Shown one piece after another: positions 25,956 to 34,293 of a stretch of DNA of 34,293 bases. The position numbers were made by a program, and so were the translations under genes. Within the stretch, counting starts at the first letter, position 1, and the number at the start of each line of letters is the position of its first letter. This stretch comes from Chthoniobacteraceae bacterium (GTDB taxonomy: Bacteria; Verrucomicrobiota; Verrucomicrobiia; Chthoniobacterales; Chthoniobacteraceae), in assembly GCA_031409335.1 (NCBI GenBank), contig JANNWY010000121.1:1-34293 (forward strand), in the 5' to 3' direction. The notes beneath the pieces were generated by a model. It had not been told where the DNA came from. It searched no databases and was given only the letters and a program-made list of their open reading frames with translations.

Positions 25956-27104
25956 CTACCAGAAGGACATTTGTTCAACTTTCCGCGGATCGGTCAGCGG
26001 TAGCGCTGCTTCTCCCACGCTCATGCCGCCCTCGACCAAAGCCCGAACGAGTTTCTTTTTGCTCGCAGGCGTGACTCGCGTGCCTTCCGTGTCCGGTTCG
26101 AGCAGCAGCACTTCCTCAAGGCCAACTCCTGGGTCGGCGAGCAACGCATAGCTGTGCGTGCTGACGATAAGTTGCCGCCCATTGCCGCCGGACACCTCGT
26201 GCATCAGCGCGGGAATTTGTCGGACGATTGCGTTGTTCAGCGAAAGTTCAGGCTCTTCGAGAAGCAGCACGCCATTGGTTTCCAGCAAGGCCCAAAACAG
26301 TCCGAGCATCCGAATCGTGCCATCCGAGAATTGATCCTCCTGCTGCCGCGCGCCCAATGGGCGCCAATGCTTGTAGTTGACCTCGACGTGCGGGTTGCCG
26401 CGCTTGTCCTCGACATAGCGGAGCTGCTTGAAATGCGGGACCGCGACGCGCAGCGCCTTTTCGATTTTTTGAAGGAGTTCGGTTCGCCTGCCTTTTGGTG
26501 TGTCGGACAGCCGTCGCATGAATTGCAGACCAAAGGGATCGCCCATAAAGCGCGGCGCAGTGATCTTCTCTGCGTGCTTCACCAACTGCGGCACGAGGTG
26601 CAGATAAGTAACCGCCTCGAAAAACTTCGCCACGTCCCGGAATTCAGCGTTTGCGAAAGTCTGCTCCAAATACGTCTGCGTGAGCCGCTCTGGGTCGCGT
26701 TCGTCATCCGCGTCGGGCCGTTTTTTGGACCATCCATCCCGGCGGTGAATCTCCTCATACACCAGATGGGGTGGCTGCTTTTCATCTGCTGCTTGCCGGA
26801 GGCCAATGGCATATTTCCAATGAGGCTGTGGCTCCCCGCGCTCGCCGAGATGCACCGCGATTTCAACGTCAGGCTTCCCTCTCGCAGCGAGGCAGCGGAT
26901 TTTTTTCAGCCCGCCCAATTCACGGACCGCATCCTGCAAACCGCCGCCCTCAGACTTGGCGATGTCGCGGAGAAAGCGAAACACTTCCAGGAAGTTTGAT
27001 TTTCCTGCCGCATTCGGTCCGACGAGAAAGACGCGGTCGCCAAGCGCGACATCCACGCTCTTGAAGTTCCGCCAGTTTTTCAAAATCAGTCGTGTGATAA
27101 TCAT
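25956..27104 (-). CDS. ABC/SMC-like AAA ATPase (AAA_15/AAA_21-like)
   Basis: LKNWRNF, Walker A GPNAAGKS, signature FSDGT, Walker B LLLEEPE, STHS; AGGAG Shine-Dalgarno upstream. Confidence 0.9.
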   Translation of the reverse strand: MIITRLILKNWRNFKSVDVALGDRVFLVGPNAAGKSNFLEVFRFLRDIAKSEGGGLQDAVRELGGLKKIRCLAARGKPDVEIAVHLGERGEPQPHWKYAIGLRQAADEKQPPHLVYEEIHRRDGWSKKRPDADDERDPERLTQTYLEQTFANAEFRDVAKFFEAVTYLHLVPQLVKHAEKITAPRFMGDPFGLQFMRRLSDTPKGRRTELLQKIEKALRVAVPHFKQLRYVEDKRGNPHVEVNYKHWRPLGARQQEDQFSDGTIRMLGLFWALLETNGVLLLEEPELSLNNAIVRQIPALMHEVSGGNGRQLIVSTHSYALLADPGVGLEEVLLLEPDTEGTRVTPASKKKLVRALVEGGMSVGEAALPLTDPRKVEQMSFW

Positions 27105-27528
27105 GGTTGAGTCTCCTGCGTGAGGTTAATATTCCGCAAACGTTGAGGGTCGGTCGTTTGCGATCATCACACCACCGGAAAATGCCCCTCGACGCATCGC
27201 ACACGCGGTTCGTCAGGGATCGACGGCGACAGTTTGTACTGGCGATCGTCCGGCTTCTCGAATTTGGCGATGGGCGTTGGTGCGGCATTGGGCGAGGCGC
27301 TGACATGCAGCCTACGGTAGTGGCGAGACGAATTGCCACTCCACCAGAGTTTCACGAAAAGTGTGTAACCCTCCGCCTCCAATTCACCCGAAGTTGGGAG
27401 AACGCTGTGATGTGCGGAAGCTGCGAGGGCAGCGGATCGAGTGCGAAGGGGCCAGCGGAGGTTCAATTCGCGACGGTGTCAAATCGCGCGGCAATTGGCA
27501 ACGCGTGCGGGCGGCTGATTTCCGGGCA

Positions 27529-30500
27529 TCACTGCGCGGGACGCGTGACTTCGAGACGGTAATATTTTTGCGGCTCCGCGGAATACGGCAGCACCGCGCG
27601 GATGACGCGCGTGATGCCGTCGTCCGACACGATCTGCTCGGTTTCATTCGCGTCGCTCCACGTCGTGAAATCCGTGGTGGCGCGGATGTCGAATGTCACA
27701 TCCGTCGCCGCGAGATTCCGGCGGTAGATGAGCACGAGCGCGGGGCCGTCGAAGGCCAGCGCGGGCGCGGCGTTCGAGGCGAGCGCGTCGGTGTTGAATC
27801 CGTATTCGAGCAGATTTCGCAGGCCGTCGCCGTCCGCGTCGGCGAGGTCGCCGGCGATGCTCGCGGTATTCGCATCCGCGCCAAATTTCGCGAAGCGCCA
27901 GCCGTCGATCGGCAGGTCGGTGATCGCCATGTTTGCGGACGCGGGCGCGCCGATGAGGTAGTTGCTGTTGCTCACCAGCGTGAACGTCGCCGTCTCGACG
28001 CCCTCGGCAAGCGTGTCGGCGAGCGGCGTGACGGGCACGTTCACGGACGCGACGCCATCGGCGAGGAAAACCGTCGCGGGCAGCGTGTAATCTGCGTCCC
28101 GCGTGGCGCTGCCGCTCATCGTGAAACTCACCGTCACGTCGCCCATCGTGCTATCGCGCGACACGATGAAATGCGCGGCCACCAGCCCGGTCTCGCCCGC
28201 ATTTGCACCCGGCGCGGTCGTGACGCTGAGCATGGAAATCACGCTCGTGCTGGTCGTGTCGTCGAAAGTTTTCACCTGCCCGTCATCCGCGATGAGCCGC
28301 AGCACGTGGCTGCCCGCGGTGTCGAATGCGACGGTCGTATCCGTCGCATTTTCATCACCAAATGTCGCGGCTCCGGGTCCGCTGAGTTTTATCCAAAGCG
28401 GCGTGACTGTGCCGGGCACCGCTGGCTTCGCGTCGTCGCTCACCGTCGCATTGAGATCGCGCGGCTGCCCGATTCCGCCGCTCACATTCACGCCCGCATT
28501 CACCGCTGCGCCGGTGTTGTTCGTGAGCGCGATGCTTACGTTGGTGAAAGTGGCCACCGCATTCGACGCGCCCGCCGCGTTCGTCACGGCGAGGCCGACG
28601 AGCATCGGGTCCGTCGCGTTTGCGAGCGCGGTCGTGCTCACGAGCGTCCATGCCACGCCGTCCGCCGAGTGGTAGCCGGAAAAATCCGCGCCGCTGCGCA
28701 CGAGCCGCAACCAGCGCGGCGCTCCGAGCGCGGCCGTATTCGTCGCCGTCGCAGCGGTCGCGGCGGTCGCGCGGCGAATCCACGAGAGCCGCGCATCCGT
28801 CGTCACGCCGAGGAATGCCTCGACATCCGCGCTGCCCGTCGCCGTGCGCGCCATGATCCCCGCGCGGCTCGAAGTCGCGCTGCCGCCGCTGATGCTCGCG
28901 ACGCGCGCGATGATTTCCCACGAAGTCCCCGTCATCGTCTGCCGCACGAAATAGAACCCGTCCGCGCTGTTGCTCGAAATGCTCGCGCCATTTCCCGTGA
29001 CCGTGAAAGTGCCGCCATCCTGCGTGTAGCTCCCGCCGCTCGCACCGCTGCCCACGTCGCCGGATTGCAGCGATGCGGCCACCGTGGGCGCGACCGTCAC
29101 GCGCAAATCTTTCGCCGTCTGAAGCGCGCCATCACTCGCTGTGAGCCGCAGCACATGCACGCCAGCGGCGGAAAAACGCGCGCCGGTTTCGAGCTCGGCG
29201 GGGTTGTCGAATGTGACCGTCCCCGGCCCGCTGAGTTTCGTCCAGGTCGTCGTGACTGCGCCGGGCGCGAGCGGTTTTCCGTCGTCGCTCGCAGTCGCTT
29301 CGAGTAGCAGGCCCGTCGCGATATTTGGAATGGCGACGTTCGTCACCGTCGGGCTGACGAACGTGATTTCCGGCGCGAGATTCGTGTCGTCGTCGGCGAT
29401 GGTGACGGTCGCGCTGTTCGGCGCGCCGATCGCGTAAAGCCCGGCGGCCAGCGTCGCGATGACGGTCTCGGGGGATTCCGGCGCGGCATCGTCCAGCGGC
29501 GCGACGATCACCGGCGCGGAAGACGATCCGGCGGGAATCAAGACTGCCACAAGGATCGCGGCGTAGTCGCTGCCCGCCGTCGCCGTGCCGGTGATGTTCA
29601 CATTCACCGAAAGTGCCGCTGACGTGGAGCCGCTGCGCGCGATCGTAAAAGTACCCGTGTCCCCGCCTTCGCTCGCGGCGGCGTCGCTCGCGGTGATCTT
29701 CACCGCAGGCTCGTCGTCGCCGATGGTCACGGTCGCGACGCTCGGTGTGCCGACGGTGTATGCGCCGCTCGCGATGGTGAGTTGCACGGATTCATTTGCC
29801 TCGCCCACCAGATCGTCGAGCACGGCGACGGGCACGACGACGGAGCTTTCGCCGACGGCAAAATCCGCGGTGCCCGCGATGGTCGCGTAGTCGGTGCCGT
29901 TCGTCGCGGTGCCTGCGATCGTGAGGTTCACGGTGAGCGCGCTGGTCGTGGCGCCGGTCCGCGCGATCGTGAATGCGCCATCATTCGCGGGCTCGGCGGC
30001 GCTCGCATCGGTCGCCGCGATCGTCACCGTCACGGCGTCGTCGTCGATGATCGTGTAAGTGAGCGCGGTGTTCGGACTGAGCGTCGCGCCGACCGCGTTC
30101 GAGAGCGCGAGGACGATCGTTTCGTTGGTCTCCAAATCCGGGTCGTTGAAGATCGTGTTCGGGATGATCTTTACCGTTTCGCCGATCGCGAAAGTGAGCG
30201 TGCCCGCCGCGAGCGTGAAGTCCGCGCCGACCGTCGCGTTGCCGCCGGTCACGGCGAAATCCACCGTCACCACCGCCGTCTGGGCGGTGCTTAAAGCGAC
30301 CGCGATTTGCGCAGGCGACGCGCTTTCACCGCCGCTGCCCGTCGCACCCGCAAAGCCCACCGTCGCGGCAGGCGGCGCGTCGTCGTCGGTGATCGTGACG
30401 GTGTGCGAAACGCTCCCGAGTTTCGCGCCGTTGGGATTGCGCAGCGTGATGACGACGGTCTGATTCGGCTCATCGAGCGTGTCGTCATTGATCGTGAGCG

Positions 30501-33500
30501 GGACCGCCTGCGCCGTCTCGCCCGCCGCGAAAGTGAGCACGCCGTTCGTCGTCACAAAATCCACATTTCCGCCAAGCGCCGTCCCGCCATTCGTGTACCA
30601 CTCGACCGTCACCTCGCCCGCCTGCGCGGCACTCAGCGTCACGTTCAAATTCACCGTGCCCGCGCCTTCCGCAGCGCTGCTCGAGGTCGGTGAAAATGCG
30701 ACCGTCGGCAGCGTCGTTTGCGCATCGGGAATGTAGCGCGTCGCACTGCCAAGACCAAGGCTGTAGGCCGCGTCGGGAGCGATGTTGAGGATCAGCGTCT
30801 CGACGCCTTCCGACAAAACATCGGCCAGCATCGGCACATCCACGTAAGCCCCAGTCGCGGCTGCGGCGATCGTCACGGTGCCGCTCGGCGCGGTGAAATC
30901 CACACCGCTCGTGGACGTGCCGCCGAGCGTGTAATTCACCGTCAGCGCATTCGTCGTCGCGCCCGTGCGCGAGATGAAAAACTTCGCGAGGCTGCCCGCC
31001 GTTTCGGTGAAAGAATCGTCGGTAGTCGAGGCGTTCACCTGCGGCAATTCGTCGTCCTCGATGTGCAGCGTCGCCGCGCGATCCACCGCGAGCGAGTAGG
31101 CCGCGTTCGGCGCGAGCGTGAGCGTCACGGTTTCGTAGCCCTCGTTTTCCACATCCTGAATCGGCGCAACCGTCACCGTCGCCGTCGCATTTTTCGCGAT
31201 GCTCAAAGTCCCCGTCAGCGTCGTGAAATCCACGCCGTTCGCCGCCGTTCCGCTCATCGTGTAAAGCACGTTGATGTTGCCCGTGCCGGTGCCGGTCGTC
31301 GTGATTCTGAACGTCCCGTTCGTCCCGCTTTCCTTTGCCGAAGCCGTCGTGCTGACCGCGACATACGGCACGTCGCCGTTGTCCGTGATCGTCACCGTCG
31401 CATCGCCCGGGGAGCCGACCGCGTAGCCCGTGCCACCGCGCAAATACAGCCGCGCGGTCTGCGCGGGTTCGCCGATCCCATCATCGACTGGCGTGATGAC
31501 GATCGTGCCGACGCCGCTCCCTGCCGGGATCGTGAGCACGCCCGGTAGCGCCACGTAATCCGTCCCGTGCAGCGCGCCGCCCGTGAGCCCGTAATTCACC
31601 GTGAGCGCCGCCGCCGTGCTCCCCGTCCGCGTGATACTAAATACGCCGGGATCGCTCGCCGCCTCAGCCGCCGCCGCATCCGTCGCCACCACGCTCAAGA
31701 TCGGTTCATCGTCATCGTGAAGATTTGCGGTGCCGCTGTTGTCCGCGGTCGCCGTGGCGCGGATGTAATTCGCGTTCGTCGAAATCGTCAGGATCACGGT
31801 TTCCATTCCCTCGATCGTCGCGTCCTGATTTGGCGTCACATTCACCAGCACACTCGATGCGCCCGCGGGGATGGTGATCGTCGCCGGGATGCTCGCGTAG
31901 TCCGTGCCATTCCCCGCCGTGCCCGTCATCGCGACCGCCACGCCGAGCGCGCTCGTCGTCGGCCCGATGCGCTCGATCAAAAACTGCGCGACGTCCCCGC
32001 CTTCATCCGCATCGCGATCCGCCACGCGCATCCGCACGAGCGGCTTCGTGGTGTCGGAGTCGGCGATGAAAAGCGTCGCCGTCGCGGTGCCGAGCACGTA
32101 GGTCGTCGCGGGCTGCAATTCGACAATCACCGTCTCGAAGCTCTCCGCCGCCGTGTCATCGACCGCCGTCACCACGAGATCGACGAACGCCGCACCCGCC
32201 GCGATCGTCGCGATGGTCCCGAGCGCGGGCGTGTAGTCCGTCGTGCCCGTCGCCGTGCCGCTCGGCGAGAGAAAATTCACGGTCAACGCCGCCGTCGTCG
32301 CACCCGTCCGCGAAATCCGAATCACCCCGGTATTCGCGCCCTCCGCGCAATCCGCATCCTGCACGAACAGGCTCACGACATTCTGCTGGGTGCCGGTGAA
32401 ATTCACCGTCGCATTTGGCCCGACCGTCACCGTCGCGCTGCCGGTCGCCGTCAGCGTGTGGGCAAAGAGTTGCGCGACGACCGAGTGCGATCCCGCGGCC
32501 AGGCCAGTGAGCGCGTAGCTGCCATCGCTGTTCGTGTAAGTGTCGCGCGTCCCCGCCGTCACGCGCACATGCTGGAGCGGCAGCGCGCCGTCCGTGATCG
32601 TGCCCGAGATGCGAAACGTCCCCGGCGTGCCCACCGTCACAATCACCGACGCGCTCGCCGTGCGCCCTTTCATATCCGACGCCACGCAGCGCACGCGATA
32701 CACTCCCGCCGTCGTCCACGATTTCGTCACGACCGCGGAGTTCGCGGTGCTGAACGACTTGTCGCCAAAGTCCCACGCATACGCGAGCACGTCGCCATCC
32801 GGGTCGGTCGCGGTCGCGGTGAAAGTGACCGTCGCGCTCGCGGCCACGCTCGTCGCGCTGGCGGCGAGCGAAACTGCGGGCGTCTGATTGGTCGGGAAAG
32901 GGCCGGTGTTCACCGTCACATCCACGCTCGGCGGCGAGGTCGCATTTTTCGCCACGGGCGTGATGTGGATGTCGCTCTCCACGTCGGAGAAAGTGCGCCC
33001 GATCACGATCGGCGCGTCCGTTTTTCCATCGGTGGAACCCGGCGTGGTATCGAGCAAATGCGAGCCGCCCGCGCTCGTCGCCCACGGATCCCAATGCAGA
33101 AACACGCCGCCCTGCACCCACGCATTGCTCGCGAATTTCTGCCGCAAATCCACCCAGTAATCGCGCGCCGCATCCTTGCGCACTTTCAGCGCATAGCGCA
33201 GCCGCGGATCGAGCCGCGGCTGATCCATTTGGTAAATGCGATACGTTCCGCTCTGCCCGACACTGTGGACGAACGAAGTCGGCATCCAGTTGAGCAAATT
33301 TTTGTGGCACGCATTGAACTGCAAATCGCCCGCGCTCGCGCTGCCCATCGTGTCAAAGTTGTCGCCGTACTCGACATGCGCGCCGCCGCCGATTGGCGAG
33401 CCATTCGTCGTGCTCCAAAAGTTCGCGTGCCACAGCCCGAAGTTGTGTCCGTATTCATGCACCGCCACGCCCGTGCCCGTGCCGGATTTCAGCCAGCAGC

Positions 33501-34293
33501 CTTTGCCGCCGACGTATGCCTGCCCGCCGAAACTGCCCGGCGAGCCGGTGTAAATCACCGTGTCGAAATCGAAATTCGCGGGGTCGAAACCCGCCGCCTT
33601 CGACGCGATGCGCGCGTCGTTCAGCACTTCATACGCGCTGCCCGTGTCCTGATCCTTGTACCACGCCTCGCTGCGCGGCAGCACGATGATCGGCGTCACC
33701 GTCGTGAGGAAAGTCATCGCGCCAAAACTCGAATCCACAAACCAGTCCTGCACGTTTTTCCCGAGATCGTGCCCGTCCTTTTCGCTCACGCTTTCCCGGC
33801 GCGTTTCCGGAAAAGCGATGCGCATCAGCACATGCGTCTTGTAGCCCGTGCTCTGCGTCGCCGACGGCGGACTCGTGGGTTTGCTCGGCCCGCCATTTCC
33901 GCCCTCCGCCGCGAGCTGATCCTCCAGCGCGTGGATGTGCCCGCCCGAGCAAAGGAAGATGAATTTGCCACCAGCCTCGACGACCGGCTGCTGTGGCGCG
34001 ACCGCATCGAAAGCGCCGTCCGCATTGCGCGGCGCGGGCGTCTCGATGCTGGAAACCGGACACACCTCGACGACCGCGCGCGAGTTCCCCACGCCCTCGC
34101 GCAATTCGCGCCCGCTCACAAAACCATCCGCATCCTTCGCCATCACCGTCCGGCGACGCGTGAGGTTGTTCGGATGATTCGGAATCTCGCCCGGCTCCAC
34201 GACGCGCAATGGTCGCTCATCCACCGCCATCACATCATCCACCGCGATGCCGACGATGCACGCGCGCTCCGTCGTCTGCTGCGCCAGCTTTGC
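27529..34293 (-). CDS. Giant secreted zinc metallopeptidase with PKD, Calx-beta repeats and C-terminal accessory domain (5' end lies outside the window)
   Basis: Frame is open to the window edge; HEYGHNFGLWH plus FDTMG Met-turn (metzincin); YAWDFGD PKD motif; many GTAxxGxDY...DDxxxExxET Calx-beta-like repeats. Confidence 0.88.
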   Translation of the reverse strand, partial: AKLAQQTTERACIVGIAVDDVMAVDERPLRVVEPGEIPNHPNNLTRRRTVMAKDADGFVSGRELREGVGNSRAVVEVCPVSSIETPAPRNADGAFDAVAPQQPVVEAGGKFIFLCSGGHIHALEDQLAAEGGNGGPSKPTSPPSATQSTGYKTHVLMRIAFPETRRESVSEKDGHDLGKNVQDWFVDSSFGAMTFLTTVTPIIVLPRSEAWYKDQDTGSAYEVLNDARIASKAAGFDPANFDFDTVIYTGSPGSFGGQAYVGGKGCWLKSGTGTGVAVHEYGHNFGLWHANFWSTTNGSPIGGGAHVEYGDNFDTMGSASAGDLQFNACHKNLLNWMPTSFVHSVGQSGTYRIYQMDQPRLDPRLRYALKVRKDAARDYWVDLRQKFASNAWVQGGVFLHWDPWATSAGGSHLLDTTPGSTDGKTDAPIVIGRTFSDVESDIHITPVAKNATSPPSVDVTVNTGPFPTNQTPAVSLAASATSVAASATVTFTATATDPDGDVLAYAWDFGDKSFSTANSAVVTKSWTTAGVYRVRCVASDMKGRTASASVIVTVGTPGTFRISGTITDGALPLQHVRVTAGTRDTYTNSDGSYALTGLAAGSHSVVAQLFAHTLTATGSATVTVGPNATVNFTGTQQNVVSLFVQDADCAEGANTGVIRISRTGATTAALTVNFLSPSGTATGTTDYTPALGTIATIAAGAAFVDLVVTAVDDTAAESFETVIVELQPATTYVLGTATATLFIADSDTTKPLVRMRVADRDADEGGDVAQFLIERIGPTTSALGVAVAMTGTAGNGTDYASIPATITIPAGASSVLVNVTPNQDATIEGMETVILTISTNANYIRATATADNSGTANLHDDDEPILSVVATDAAAAEAASDPGVFSITRTGSTAAALTVNYGLTGGALHGTDYVALPGVLTIPAGSGVGTIVITPVDDGIGEPAQTARLYLRGGTGYAVGSPGDATVTITDNGDVPYVAVSTTASAKESGTNGTFRITTTGTGTGNINVLYTMSGTAANGVDFTTLTGTLSIAKNATATVTVAPIQDVENEGYETVTLTLAPNAAYSLAVDRAATLHIEDDELPQVNASTTDDSFTETAGSLAKFFISRTGATTNALTVNYTLGGTSTSGVDFTAPSGTVTIAAAATGAYVDVPMLADVLSEGVETLILNIAPDAAYSLGLGSATRYIPDAQTTLPTVAFSPTSSSAAEGAGTVNLNVTLSAAQAGEVTVEWYTNGGTALGGNVDFVTTNGVLTFAAGETAQAVPLTINDDTLDEPNQTVVITLRNPNGAKLGSVSHTVTITDDDAPPAATVGFAGATGSGGESASPAQIAVALSTAQTAVVTVDFAVTGGNATVGADFTLAAGTLTFAIGETVKIIPNTIFNDPDLETNETIVLALSNAVGATLSPNTALTYTIIDDDAVTVTIAATDASAAEPANDGAFTIARTGATTSALTVNLTIAGTATNGTDYATIAGTADFAVGESSVVVPVAVLDDLVGEANESVQLTIASGAYTVGTPSVATVTIGDDEPAVKITASDAAASEGGDTGTFTIARSGSTSAALSVNVNITGTATAGSDYAAILVAVLIPAGSSSAPVIVAPLDDAAPESPETVIATLAAGLYAIGAPNSATVTIADDDTNLAPEITFVSPTVTNVAIPNIATGLLLEATASDDGKPLAPGAVTTTWTKLSGPGTVTFDNPAELETGARFSAAGVHVLRLTASDGALQTAKDLRVTVAPTVAASLQSGDVGSGASGGSYTQDGGTFTVTGNGASISSNSADGFYFVRQTMTGTSWEIIARVASISGGSATSSRAGIMARTATGSADVEAFLGVTTDARLSWIRRATAATAATATNTAALGAPRWLRLVRSGADFSGYHSADGVAWTLVSTTALANATDPMLVGLAVTNAAGASNAVATFTNVSIALTNNTGAAVNAGVNVSGGIGQPRDLNATVSDDAKPAVPGTVTPLWIKLSGPGAATFGDENATDTTVAFDTAGSHVLRLIADDGQVKTFDDTTSTSVISMLSVTTAPGANAGETGLVAAHFIVSRDSTMGDVTVSFTMSGSATRDADYTLPATVFLADGVASVNVPVTPLADTLAEGVETATFTLVSNSNYLIGAPASANMAITDLPIDGWRFAKFGADANTASIAGDLADADGDGLRNLLEYGFNTDALASNAAPALAFDGPALVLIYRRNLAATDVTFDIRATTDFTTWSDANETEQIVSDDGITRVIRAVLPYSAEPQKYYRLEVTRPAQ

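Noticed and set aside
27167..27466. 99-aa ORF upstream of the ATPase as a third defence gene
   Set aside because: No recognisable motif or ribosome-binding site and a weak start; it may be a gene remnant but cannot be supported.
1..34293. Reverse transcriptase, integrase, transposase, tRNA or rRNA genes
   Set aside because: No YADD/RT, tyrosine or serine recombinase, or DDE motifs were seen in the ORF track, and no tRNA/rRNA-like sequence was recognised. Any enzyme acting on the array or MITE would have to be encoded elsewhere.

Overview
High-GC bacterial chromosomal segment. Gene style and repeat types suggest Verrucomicrobiota, possibly Chthoniobacter-like (inference). It carries scattered housekeeping genes (purU, dgkA, queE, queD, trpA, larB), two large secreted proteins that share a C-terminal domain (a GH74-like beta-propeller and a >2250-aa metallopeptidase/Calx-beta protein that runs off the right edge), an ECF sigma/anti-sigma/PDZ triad, and a decayed pair of helical-repeat genes. 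It also has a YoeB-type toxin-antitoxin module with its own promoter between queE and queD, a lower-GC AAA ATPase + TOPRIM-like (DUF4276-like) candidate defence pair, and several REP/MITE-like hairpins. The most unusual region is 417-1770. There, a phased array of about 17 degenerate 21-bp units (TTTG-8-nt asymmetric core-CAAA, with core orientation switching in blocks) surrounds a perfect 18-bp inverted repeat. It is followed by a G-U-rich structured leader, a small helical+FN3 gene and a long 3' hairpin. All calls come from reading the sequence; no database search or folding program was run.
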